From Takakia lepidozioides (lineage: Eukaryota; Plantae; Bryophyta): a stretch of DNA of 64,000 nt. Made by a program: the position numbers and the translations under genes. Of this stretch, positions 53,216 through 64,000 are shown piece by piece. Within the stretch, counting starts at the first letter, position 1; every line of letters starts with the position of its first letter. Location: positions 29,016,001 through 29,080,000 of the forward strand of contig CM060733.1 in the NCBI GenBank assembly GCA_030704615.1, written 5' to 3'. A model generated the notes under the pieces. The model made no database searches. It saw nothing but the letters and a program-made list of their open reading frames with translations, and was not told the DNA's origin.

Positions 53216-56200
53216 TTCCGTGGAACTCACTGAAGTCTTGCATTATGAGGATTAGAACTGCTTGGCAGCTTACTTGCACGAGGCCTGACCCTTAGGCAAT
53301 CCCCAGAGCAGCAATAGCTTTTGGGCTGCTTTTTTACTTGTCCCATAAGCTCTTTGAGCTTTCCGCAGATGTAATAAAGTATCATTTTGTTTCATTTCAT
53401 TCATTTTCATTTCATTTTGTTTCATGGCATGTCTTTCATCGTTTGTGCATTTCTAATGCATGATTAGTTCTCTTGTATGGCATTACTAGTCGACTCACTA
53501 CAAACACCAGAACTCCAAAGCATGAATCACTATGAATGATTGTTCAAGTAATTTCGAGCACTTCATGTAAAGTAGTAAAGCAGTGGTTGCGCCAACTTCC
53601 GCAGTCGCAATTGCCACTCGGCATGTAGCACTGCAAGTTATGTGGTCTACTACCACGTGGCGCCCCGGGCCCGTGGCCACGTGGCAGCAGTGCTGCTCGT
53701 CGTGGCGCCGCCACGTTGGCGTCCACATCGTCGTCCATGTGTCACCGCGCTTCGGTGAGTCGGTCCACTCATCCGGAGGGAAAAGTCAAAATCAGCCCAA
53801 AAGGTCGGACCCACGGGCGGCCCGCCTGGTTACGCCACGTGGTTCTTCAGCATTAATCGCATTAATCGTTGAGTAGTTGTTTGCGCGTCTGCGTCCTTTA
53901 CCACTCCAATCATTGGATGTCCAACCCAACTACCACGTCTGTTGTAACTAGTCGTTTGTATCTTCCAGTCCATCCCAGTTTTTTGACTTTTACGACTCAA
54001 AATGAGTCGTTATCCCAGTGGTAAATGACACAAATGCTTCTAGTATCAAGACCACAACAGACAAATGTACTTCAACATTACCCGCTCAATATCAAGATTT
54101 CAAAGATGTCTTCAAGAAGAAAAATGCAGACATATTGCCAGAACATCGACCTTATGACTGTGCAATTGAATTACAAGAAGGAGCCCAACCACCATTCGGC
54201 CCAATCTATAACTTATCCCAGACGGAGTTGGCTGCATTACGTGAATACATTGATGAAAATTTGTCGAAACACTTCATCCGATATTCAAAATCATCTGCGG
54301 GGGCGCCTATCTTGTTTGTGAAAAAGAATGACGGATCATTACGCATGTGTGTCAACTGTCGTGGTCTCAACAAAATCACAATCAAGAATCGTTATCCGTT
54401 GCCACTGATTTCTGGGCTTCTCGACCAGCTGGGACGAGCAAAGATTTTCACCAAAATTGATTTGAGAGAAGTTTATAACCTTGTACGGATAAAAGAAGGA
54501 GACGAATGGAAAACAACTTTTCGAACAAGGTATGGACATTTTGAATACAGTGTTATGCCTTTCGGTCTTACAAATGCTCCAACAATTTTTCAACATATGA
54601 TGAATGACATCTTTCGAGAATTTTTAGATGACTTTGTAGTCATCTATTTGGATGACATTTTGATATTTTCACATAATGAAGAAGAACATGACCGCCATGT
54701 ACGCCTTGTCCTTGATAAATTAAGAGAAAGAGGACTATATGTCAAGTTGGAGAAATGTCTTTTCCATCAATCTGAGGTCAAATTTCTGGGCTACATTATT
54801 TCCGACAAATACGTCTTTAGGGATCAGAAGAAAATACAAACCATCATCGAGTGGATTAAACCAACTTCGGTCCGAGATATACAATGTTTTCTGGGCTTTG
54901 TAAATTTTTATAGAATCTTCATCAATGACTACTCCAAAATTGCTGCACCATTGACACGACTCACAAGCGTATGGGACGAAAAGGCTGACCAGGCATTTGA
55001 AAGGCTGAAGCAGGCATTTACAACGGCTCCAATACTGGTACATGCAGACCCATCTAAACCATTCTTTTTGGAAGCAGATGCATCGGACTTTGCACTTGGC
55101 GTTATACTCTATCAATACGGTACTGATGGCCGACTTCACCTTGTTGGTTTTCGTTCTCGCAAATTTTCCGCTGCAGGGATCAATTATGAAATCCATGACA
55201 AAGAGCTTCTAGCGATCATCGATGCTTTTGAGGAGTGACGTCATCTACTGGAGGGAGCTAAACATAAGGTCACTGTCTACACCGATCACAAAAACCTCGA
55301 ATATTTTATGAGTGCTCGTGTTTTGAATCGACGTCAAGCCAGATGGGGTATGTCACTAGCAAGGTTTGTTGTTATTACTTATCGCCCCGGACATCTTTAA
55401 GGGAAACCCGATGCTCTTTCTCGAGGATCTTATCTTGCGCCGAAAAAAAAAGAATCAACTTTCGACCAACAGAAATCCATCATCTTGAAACCAGCAAATC
55501 TCCAATTGAATATGCTATCAATGTCCACCTATGACGACGCAGAGATCATAAAAGAGATTCAGGAAGCACTGAAGAGCGACCAATTTGTTACGACCCTACG
55601 AAGTCAACTAAATCGACCTCGAGACAACCCACATGTTACAAACGACTTCGAATTCAAAGATGGCTTCCTCTATTTCAAGGGACTTCTCTACGTACATCTA
55701 GGACCTACACGACTTCGAATTCTTCAAACATGTCATGATCTTCCGGCTGTAGGACATTTCGGCTTCAACAAAACAATGGAATTGATATCCAGGGACTATT
55801 GGTGGCCGCAGATGTGGAAACTCGTGAAAGAATTTATAAAATCTTGCGACACGTGTGCTAGAGCGAAAGGACCACGACATCGACCTTACGGCCTTCTTCA
55901 ACGATTACCCATTCCTAAGGGTTCATGGTCGTCCATGTCTATGGACTTTATTACGGACCTCCCAATTTCTAAGACCACCGATTCAATCATTGTTATTGTA
56001 GATCGTTTTACAAAGATGACACATTTCATTCCATGTAATAAGACGGTTACCGGCGAGGAAACTGCAAGATTCTTCCTCAATAATATCTACCGCATTCATG
56101 GACCCCCGAAGGACATCGTATCTGATCGAGGACCATAGTTCATATCAAATTCTGGAGGGGATTATTTTATATATTGGATACTAAGATCAACCTCTCTACA

Positions 56201-58169
56201 ACTAATCATCCACAGACTGATGGTCAAACCGAATGTGTAAACCAGATTTTAGAGCAGTATCTTCGTTGTACGATAAATTATCACCAAGATAATTGGACGG
56301 ATCTTCTATCATTGGCTGAGTTTGCCTACAACAACACTACTTTGACCAAACAAACTTCATTTTTCTCCAATTATGGTCATCATCCTCGAGCAAACCCTTT
56401 CCACATGAAGACTGTTGGAAGCCCTGCTACCGAAAACCTTGTTACTCATCTTGCTACGATTCACAGGGAGCTTACATTCCACCTCGCAGAAGCTCAAAAA
56501 CAATACAAGGAGTATGCAGATCAACGTCGCTAACTCCAACCCCAGTTCAAGGTCGGAGATCGTGTGTAGCTTCTTCGACGGGACATACAAACCTCGTAAC
56601 CATAAAAGAAATTGGATTATCAACGTCTGGGACCATTCAAAATTATTCGACAAATAAATCCTGTCAGTTTTCGGCTTGAACTCCCACGAAGTATGCGCAT
56701 CCATCCAGTTTTTCATGTTTCATTATTGGAGTTATATCATCAAATATTCCAGGGAGAGTCTCCGTACCACCTCCACCAATCGAAGTCAATCAGCAAATTG
56801 AGTATGAAGTCGACGAAGTCCTAGACTCTCGCATCAAGTATAAACGTCTTGAGTATTTCGTACATTGGAAAGGCTACGATTTCAGCGAACAAACGTGGGA
56901 ACCTTCGTCCAGCCTCGCCAATGCATCTGACAAAGTCCAAGAGTTTCATCAACGATATTCAGCTAAGCCCCGAGCTACACGTCAATAAGACGTAACAACG
57001 ATGATGTCAGCCAAGTTAGCTTCAAGGTGAAGACTCCACATTCAATGTACCTGATACACGCTAAGGAAGAATGAGCACCACACATCAGTATATATAGTTA
57101 CACTTCCAGCACTTCCAGCACTATTGCATCTTGTATTGGCAGCATGGAGTCCCAGGAACCAGATACATTGAAGTTGTCGCTTACCCAACTACCAGATCAG
57201 CCATTCTGACTCTCACGACCTTCAACATCATGCCGACGCTCTCGAGACGATGGGCCACCAATGCGACGCGTACTTCCTCGTGAACCCCGTACGACTGCAA
57301 GTGGAGCTTACTCGAAGACTGATAATTATGTTGGAGGTTGAGGCTTCGGACCCAGAGGGCAATGAAATCATATTTGAAGACAGCTTCGAAAATCAGAATA
57401 CTCAAATCACTGCGGTCCCAAATTCAAGGTATTGGACACTATCGATGGTTGCAGGGCCCTATAAATCTTTTGAGTCAAGAACGAAGAGCCGAATACTTGG
57501 CAAGTACCATTCGCCGGATTTTGGATTTTCTCCAACTCTAAGCAAGTCCAAGATTTTACCGGTCCTCGATGAACTCGCCGCTAGAGGAGGGGGTGATGTC
57601 ATGGACATAGCCCAGAGGAACTTACCAGGAGTAAATACCAGAAGTTACCAAGTTACCATGTTACCGGAAATTACCATGACTTACCGTGATTTACCATGAT
57701 CTACCATGATTTATCATTACTTACCAAGTTACCGGGAGTTTACTAAATTACCAAGAGTAACTTGGGAAACTGCTGAGGAAGCTTCCTTTGGAGGAAACTT
57801 CTCGATCAAGATACCTCATTTGTTTAAGGAAGCTTCTCCATCAAGAAACCTCCATAGGGGAAGCTTCTTAGGGAACTTCTTAGTAGCCAGTATATATAGG
57901 AAGCGAGACTGGACACTCTTTAGTCACGCCAACACAAGTTCAAGCTACTCTTGTTCCCAGTCCCAGTACTCCAGTCCAGTTTCCAGCATTCCAGTATTCG
58001 AGTCGAGTCTTAATATCTTGTACTCTTGTCCATTGTTATAAATATCATCTTGATTCATGTTTACCCACCATGCATTTGGCCACGCCGACCTTGTCTTCTT
58101 GTCTAGTCTTGTACCTCTAGTCTGATCTCTTGTTTGTCTTCAGTCATGTTCTCGTCCTTGACACCAGGC

Positions 58170-59530
58170 TGGATTGGGGCTGGATTGTGTTTTTCGGGAA
58201 TTGATTCAGATCCTTCACTGTCTCCAAATCTCAAGCCATCTAATTTTTGTTTGGGGGTCGACCATGGAGAGTGTTAGCCCGTGCAATTTCTCATGTTGCA
58301 TTTCTGGATGAACATGCTTGTCATAGTGCGCTTTGATTTGGAGAAGGAACTCCTCCCCAAGGTCAGGATCCACTATCCTCAACTGCTTCATGAAGACGGA
58401 CATCAGCTTCGTCCTCCTGATCTCGTACTCCTTCTTTATGACTGCCCCAACTCCTTTTGCAGTCCTCAGCTCTTCTGGTGTAGTGCGGTAATACTCAGAT
58501 TTCTCCCTCTCAGCGGCCTCTGCTAGTTCTTGCTGCATGTAACAACCTCGAGTGGATTAGAACACACATGATTATAATTATGTTTTGCAGAAGATAGGAA
58601 GATGTAGGTGGGGCCATACCGCATATATGTACTCCAGAAATGCATCTCGGGTCAACAAGTACCAGGTCCCTGCAGCTCTCCCCCGTCAGGATGTAGCACT
58701 GAGCGGAACTCATCAAGCTTCATCAAACCTATTCTCTGAATACTAAAAAGTGTGTGGACCAAGCTCGTAGTAACATGCAATTTCTCTGTCGATGTGCAAA
58801 AGTGGAATACACATTGCATGGGTAAGATTTCTGTTTCGTTTGCGTTGAAATGCGCTGAACATGCAATTTGACAGGCAATGGAGTTTTTAAGATGTCTTAC
58901 TTGTTCACGTTATGCATAGCTGTAAGAAGTCTGACGATGTCGTTTCCAGGATCCAGAACCATTGCCTCCACATCAACATGCTTGTCCTTGTCTTTTGAAT
59001 GGTGTTTCTCAATGCATCCCATCCAAGCTAGAAGACGATGGTTTCCGTCCCAGACATAGAACATGTGGTTGCAGAATTGTTGGGTGTTATTTCCCAGTAG
59101 CAGGGAGTCCTCGAACTCGTCATTGACATCCTTCCAGCAGTCGTACCAGTTGTCTGTTATCTCCGGACTCACTTTTATGCTGTTACCATTTGTATCCTTC
59201 AGTGAGACGTAGAAAATTTGTGCACCCATTCTGTACCCGTGCACAAAATCCGTTTCCAACTTGGTAATGTCATGCGAAAGTGGAGGATGAACAACAGGCA
59301 TTGAGATCATCCGGCAGAGAGGGATTTCAAGACGTCCTCCGGAAATGATCGTGTCTCTAATAACCTCATGGGAATTTACCTTCTGATATGACATGAGTTC
59401 TTTTACCTTGTCAAGGTAGTGCACTTCAGGCTCGTTTGTGTCTTCGTCGTTCTCCGAACTCTTCGTGGAGTCGTCCCCTTCTCCAGATCCCTTCGTTTCT
59501 ATTCCTCCCTGCTTGGACTTAACATTTTTC
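58170..59530 (-). pseudogene. Spliced gene with a ParB/Sulfiredoxin-like DGNHR motif; exons approx. 59530-58901, 58793-58620, 58532-58170; degenerate
   Basis: IPLCRMISMPVVHPP...DITKLETDFVHGY...FYVS...FYVWDGNHRLLAW...LLTAMHNVN, then a GTAAG donor. Downstream exons are coding-like; one acceptor reads AC and frameshifts are present. Confidence 0.6.
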
Positions 59531-60124
59531 TGCAGGCCCCAAACCCACAAGAGCAACAATCAACTGATGTTCGGGAAACAGACATGTTTAAACAGTGATA
59601 ATCAGTACCGATCATCACTTTGTCTTCTAACAAATGAATGGGAAATGTAGTTGGTTTCTCAATGCAGGTTCACTCAGTTGTCACTCGACTGCGATGATCG
59701 GTACCGACCATCGCAATCAACAATTGCCAATGATGCGATGAACCAGGTTTGCCAAACTCAAATTACAAATGACAGTCAATGAATAGTGATGATTGGTACC
59801 GATCCTAGCCCTGTTTCTTCTGTTCAGGATTCAGTTGTTATCAAAACTGGTTCTTCACTTGCATGGTATACAGATTCCCAATCTGTTCAGAAAGTGATGA
59901 TCGGTACCGATCATTACAATCAGACTGCCCTGGGATGCATGCAACGACGCAATCTCCTCTCTATCGGACCGGATACAAACAGGCTCCATGACGACAATGT
60001 GGCACGAATGTGCGATGAAAATTTTACGGATGTATGTATTTGGGATGGACGTAAAAGGGAATGGATGAATGTTGGATGAGTGGCGGATGAAAAACTGCCC
60101 AGATGATTGAACCATGGATGACTG

Positions 60125-60440
60125 CAACAACATCTATCCTCAGGGATCAGCATGCGCAGGGAAGCAGACATTAAGCTGTCGTACATCACAGCCTCTGTCA
60201 GCACATGACAAATGAACCCATCCCAGAACAAATATGTCCCCTGGAAAAAACCATAGGGGGGACCTTTTTTTGTGTAGAGAAGCAGACATTAAGGTGTCGT
60301 CAACGACATCTTAATTCCCAGCCCTGTTGGGACATGACAACGAATCATAAGTTATGTAGTCCGAGGAATTTGTAGATGTCATTCACCCCAAATAGCACAC
60401 CAGAAGAGCAGCCAGATTAAGGTGTTGTTGGCATCTTCGG

Positions 60441-60476
<36 letters not shown>

Positions 60477-61045
60477 TGCAAATGAACCCAACCCCTGTTT
60501 TGCAAGCAAAAGACCTCGCGTTTACCCAGCATGGATTTCTGGTCACCAGGAAGAAGGACATGACAACGAATCATAAGTTATGTAGTCCGAGCAATTTGTA
60601 GATGTCATTCACCTCAAACAGCACACCAGAAGAGCAGCTAGATTTAGGCACCTTAATCTGGCACATTCGGGGAAAAAAAAAAAAACGTTGGATGACTACA
60701 ACAACATCTATCCTCAGGGATCAGCATGCGCAGGTAGCAAGCATTAAGCTGTCATCAACGACAGCTTAAATCGCAGCCCCTGTCAGCACATGACAAATGA
60801 ACCCATGAATATATCCCCAGAACAAATATGTCGCCTGGAAAAAACCATAGGGGGGACCTTTTTTGTGCAGGGAAGCAGACATTAAGGTGTCGTCAACGAC
60901 ATTTTAATCCTATCAGCCCTGTTGGGATATGACAACGAATCATAAGTTATGTAGTCCAAGCAATTTGTAGATGTCATTCACCCCAAATAGCACAACAGAA
61001 GAGCAGCCTGATTAAGGTGTCGTTGACGACACCTTAATCAGACAC
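60125..61045 (+). repeat. Complex tandem repeat (~575-bp duplication with a 3x subunit) containing hairpins
   Basis: CAACATCTATCCTCAGGGATCAGCATGCGCAGG at ~60127 and ~60701. ATGACAACGAATCATAAGTTATGTAGTCC at ~60334, ~60560 and ~60929. 16-bp-stem hairpin at 61008-61041. Confidence 0.88.
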
Positions 61046-61067
61046 CTTGGGGGGGATTTTTTTTTTT

Positions 61068-63950
61068 TTACGGTTCCAGCTTGTCTCTGAACCGCATGGT
61101 TGAATGCATCCTCCTCCGGGGAAGCTTTTTTGGTGCCGCCGGCCGATTTGTCGGACTCTTCGCTCTTGATACAGGGGGTCGAGAAATGGTTGGTCGGACT
61201 ATTGGAGGTTCTGCCTCTGCGAATGCTACCTCCTTTTCTTTGGGATGGATGTCTTCCTCTTCCCGAAGCACAGTCTCCGCCACCTTTCGTGCATTTGACT
61301 TCATTACTGTGAAGTTCAGATCCTCCCGTTCCAATGCGGATGTGGCTGACTCCGACGCCACATACCCAGGGCCTTTTCCTAGCGTATCTCGTTGCTGTCG
61401 GGTCATCACTGCGTAGCTACCTTTCCCAGGGCTAGCTGTCGTGGTTGGAGTGGCTTCCGGCTCACTCGCAATCCCAGGATCATCATCTTTTGGGCCGTTC
61501 CGCTTTTGCTTTGTCTTGCCCAACCCCATGAGGCCGATCTCAAGGACGATCGCGTACTGAACTCTAAGCTCTGATACCAAGTGTCGCGCACCTCACTTCG
61601 GTAAGCTCCCCTTCAAGTCATAGTTACTCGCTTTGATGCACTTGGTGCTGCGTCTCCTGAGGACGCGTTGTATGATTGGGTTGTACGTTGGTCTGCTGTT
61701 GCTAAGGCGGCGCCGAGGTAGACGCTTGATGTCCTCCTTGCACCCTTACATCTTGAGGGGGAGACCACGTGTTAGAAGAACCCTGGGCTATCTGAGCCGC
61801 ATGATTTGAATAAGCTGCTCGGGCAGCCTGTCCCTGAGCGGCATTGGCCCCAGAGTATGATGGACCTGCGTGATCCGGCCTAGGCCGTTGTGCTATCTGC
61901 GTTGGGGTAGCAAAATACATGCTATGTTGTTGCGGTAGAGGGTTGGGTAGTTCAGTCGCATACTGATCCGGGAATGGGGCTCGTTGCCTTTCCAAATTCC
62001 TCTCTACTTGCTGGATGGTGGCAGGGGCCGGTCGGTCCACCTGCCTCCAGGGACATCTCTCCAAGGGATGACCTCTTTGGCCGCAATGCAAACATACTAT
62101 ATTACTCCAACAGTCTTCTGTTGGGTGAGTGGTTCTGCCACATTTTTGACAACCTTTCCTGGATTGACTGAATTGTCATTTTGATCTATCCTGATAAGTC
62201 AGGTTTCGGCTTACCTGCCTCTCCCGAGTGGGATAAGGACAATGTTGAGCAGCATGCCCGGGACCGTCGCAGTTGGAGCACCATACCTTTGCCGGGTTGG
62301 GGCCGGATTCTCCTACTGGAGCAGCATCTCGATACCCCACGTAGCTGGTGATCTGCTGGCCGATGGAGCTCATGCAATCGCCCTTTGTTTCAATGGTTTT
62401 GATGAGAGAGGTGATTTGCGCCTCCAAATGGCCCACCCGTGAATCAGACTGCCCAGTGGAATCTGCATATGAGTTAGTAGGGGCAACATTCGTATATTGT
62501 GGCACGGTCGGTGCTATTGCTGGTGTAGGGGACGTCGCGGGGGCGTATGGCCATGCTCCTCCTACATATGACGGCGTATAGTGTAGAGCGGGTTGGATCA
62601 CCACTAATGGCGTCGGCTCATGTGTGGGCTCGATCGTAATGTATGATGGAAGTGCAAAGTCGGGCATTTTGGCCTGTTGTACTTGGCGATGCATGTTGTC
62701 AAACTCCTTGTCGGCTTGTATGGCATCTACCAGTGTTGCAGGTCATTGCTGCAAAACATGAAAGTGAGTGGTCTCTCGTAATCCACTTAGAAAACAATCC
62801 TTCAGTACCCCATCATCTAGGGGGGTTAAAGGGTTTTGGAGTCACATCAACTCCCGAAATCACATTTCAAAGTCCGCTACCTCCTCTGTGGGGCCTTGGC
62901 GGATCCTGGCCAGTGCCATCAAGACACTGATGAACTGGTGGACCGCTTGAAAATGATCTAAAATACGTCCGAATCTGTTGCCAAGTTACGAATATACCTG
63001 GCGCCTGTTGCCAATACCAAGTGGACGCCCTACCCCTCATGGTCGTGGGAAACCATATCAACCAATAGGCATCGTTTAATGCTTGGTTAGAATAGCAACA
63101 CTGAATAAAGCTTTTCACATGATACTTTGGGTTTTCATGGAGAATAAACGAGGTCAGATTTAAATACCTTCCCTGGAACCTTGGCGATGGAGGCATGTCA
63201 GTGTGCAATCTATGGTGCATTAAAGGATACCCAATGGGCCACGGTCCTTCACAATGCAAGCATTCTGATCGGAGTATCAGATGCTGGTGTGCGAAGAACT
63301 GACAAGACTCACAGTGAGTAAAGAAATCAACTTGCCACCTTAGGTGGGCTACGAACGACGATGCGCCTAAGTAAATACCTGGACAGGAACAACCCGTGAA
63401 TACAAATCTATCTGGGCACCAGTAAAAATTCCGAGTGGTGCCGTTCGGTAGAGTTCGGGTGTTCCAAACTCGTTCGTCGATCCAACATTTCTTATGCACC
63501 TTCTTTTCACCCAGGTACCGAATATATTCTTTGATCCATTCTCGGGTGGACCATGGTGTATGGAAGAACCGGTGCCGGATGCATTTCACTTTTTCATCAA
63601 AGGACATCCAAAATGGTGTTCTACGTTGGCTTATCAGTGACCCACTTCTACACTTGTGTTAGTCTTGTCATAAGCAATCATACCATATAACGGTGCTGGT
63701 TTGGTACAATGGTGCTCAACCGCACGCCACTACCATACTCCTCAACATTCAAAGCAAATGAGGTCCGGACCCCTCTAGTAGGAGTTCCTGGATCCACGAA
63801 CAAAACCTCTAATCTGACTCCCTAGGATGGCTACTGGTGGCAAGATCATGCCCTTCCTCCTCCGAGGAAGTGTACTCAGTAGGTCCACTCGGGGCACTCT
63901 CTACTGAAGAGGTGGCATGTACCACCCGGGGCGGTAAACGAGGCAACTGC
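61068..63950 (-). mobile_element. Degenerate gag of a non-chromovirus Ty3/gypsy element
   Basis: Retrotransposon gag core ENPKYHVKSF...FPTTMRGRASTWY...TWQQIRTYF, two CCHC knuckles (CSNCDGPGHAAQHC, HCGQRGHPLERC) and AVMTRQQ, with stops and frameshifts. Confidence 0.75.
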
Positions 63951-64000
63951 GCCAAAGGGACTCTCAGACCAAAAGAAAAAACTACTGACCAAACTAGGAC

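Larger units (their letters stand above)
33230..54018 (+). mobile_element. Non-autonomous Helitron-like insertion with captured gene fragments and two nested TEs
   Basis: Starts A|TC at 33229/30 and ends with hairpin ACGACTCA-AAA-TGAGTCGT (53992-54010) plus TATCCCAG|T, without TSD. Removing it restores the pol frame FALYATLMVNDTNASS. Confidence 0.75.
31318..58163 (+). mobile_element. Degenerate Tcn1-like Ty3/gypsy chromovirus split by a 20.8-kb insertion: 5' LTR ~31318-31915, gag-protease 31954-33229, RT-RH-INT-chromo 54019-56985, 3' LTR 57597-58163
   Basis: Homologous LTRs ending TGACA; PPT AGAGGAGGGGG before 57597. Gag EPKISMPEKFDG, DPMQID, CLYCGEEDHIALNCP; protease ALLDSG; [11 protein letters not shown] and YLDDIL; integrase HxxxxxGH and SMDFITDLP; chromodomain EYEVDEVL...VHWKGY. 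Many stops and frameshifts. Confidence 0.88.

Noticed and set aside
33233-54020. CACTA element (CACTA...CAGTG)
   Set aside because: No 3-bp TSD and no TIR beyond about 5 bp; the Helitron junction restores the host frame and has a 3' hairpin.

Overview
Eukaryotic land-plant genomic DNA, most likely a bryophyte (inferred from gene content, Tcn1-like chromovirus and PLS-PPR fragments). About 1-15 kb holds three intron-containing + strand genes: the 3' end of a KNS3/At5g58100-like gene, a 12-exon SQD2, and a 6-exon SMG8. The last SMG8 intron holds a 363-bp TRIM whose LTRs each contain a tRNA-like Pol III cassette. About 16-30.6 kb holds a partially duplicated, TE-damaged serine carboxypeptidase-like (SCPL) locus on the - strand with a Helitron-like end, a hAT relic, a Mutator-type MITE and an FCP1/NIF fragment. 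About 30.7-64 kb is a deeply nested TE cluster. A spliced ParB/Sulfiredoxin-motif (DGNHR) gene appears to be interrupted by a Tcn1-like Ty3 element. That element's pol is split at an A|T site by a ~20.8-kb Helitron-like insertion, which contains PPR fragments, a young full-length Ty3 chromovirus (5-bp TSD) and a 6.76-kb MULE-like transposon (8-bp TSD) with a ~3.5-kb palindromic repeat core. A degenerate non-chromovirus gag relic ends the window. All calls are from manual reading; no searches were run, and coordinates may be off by a few bases.
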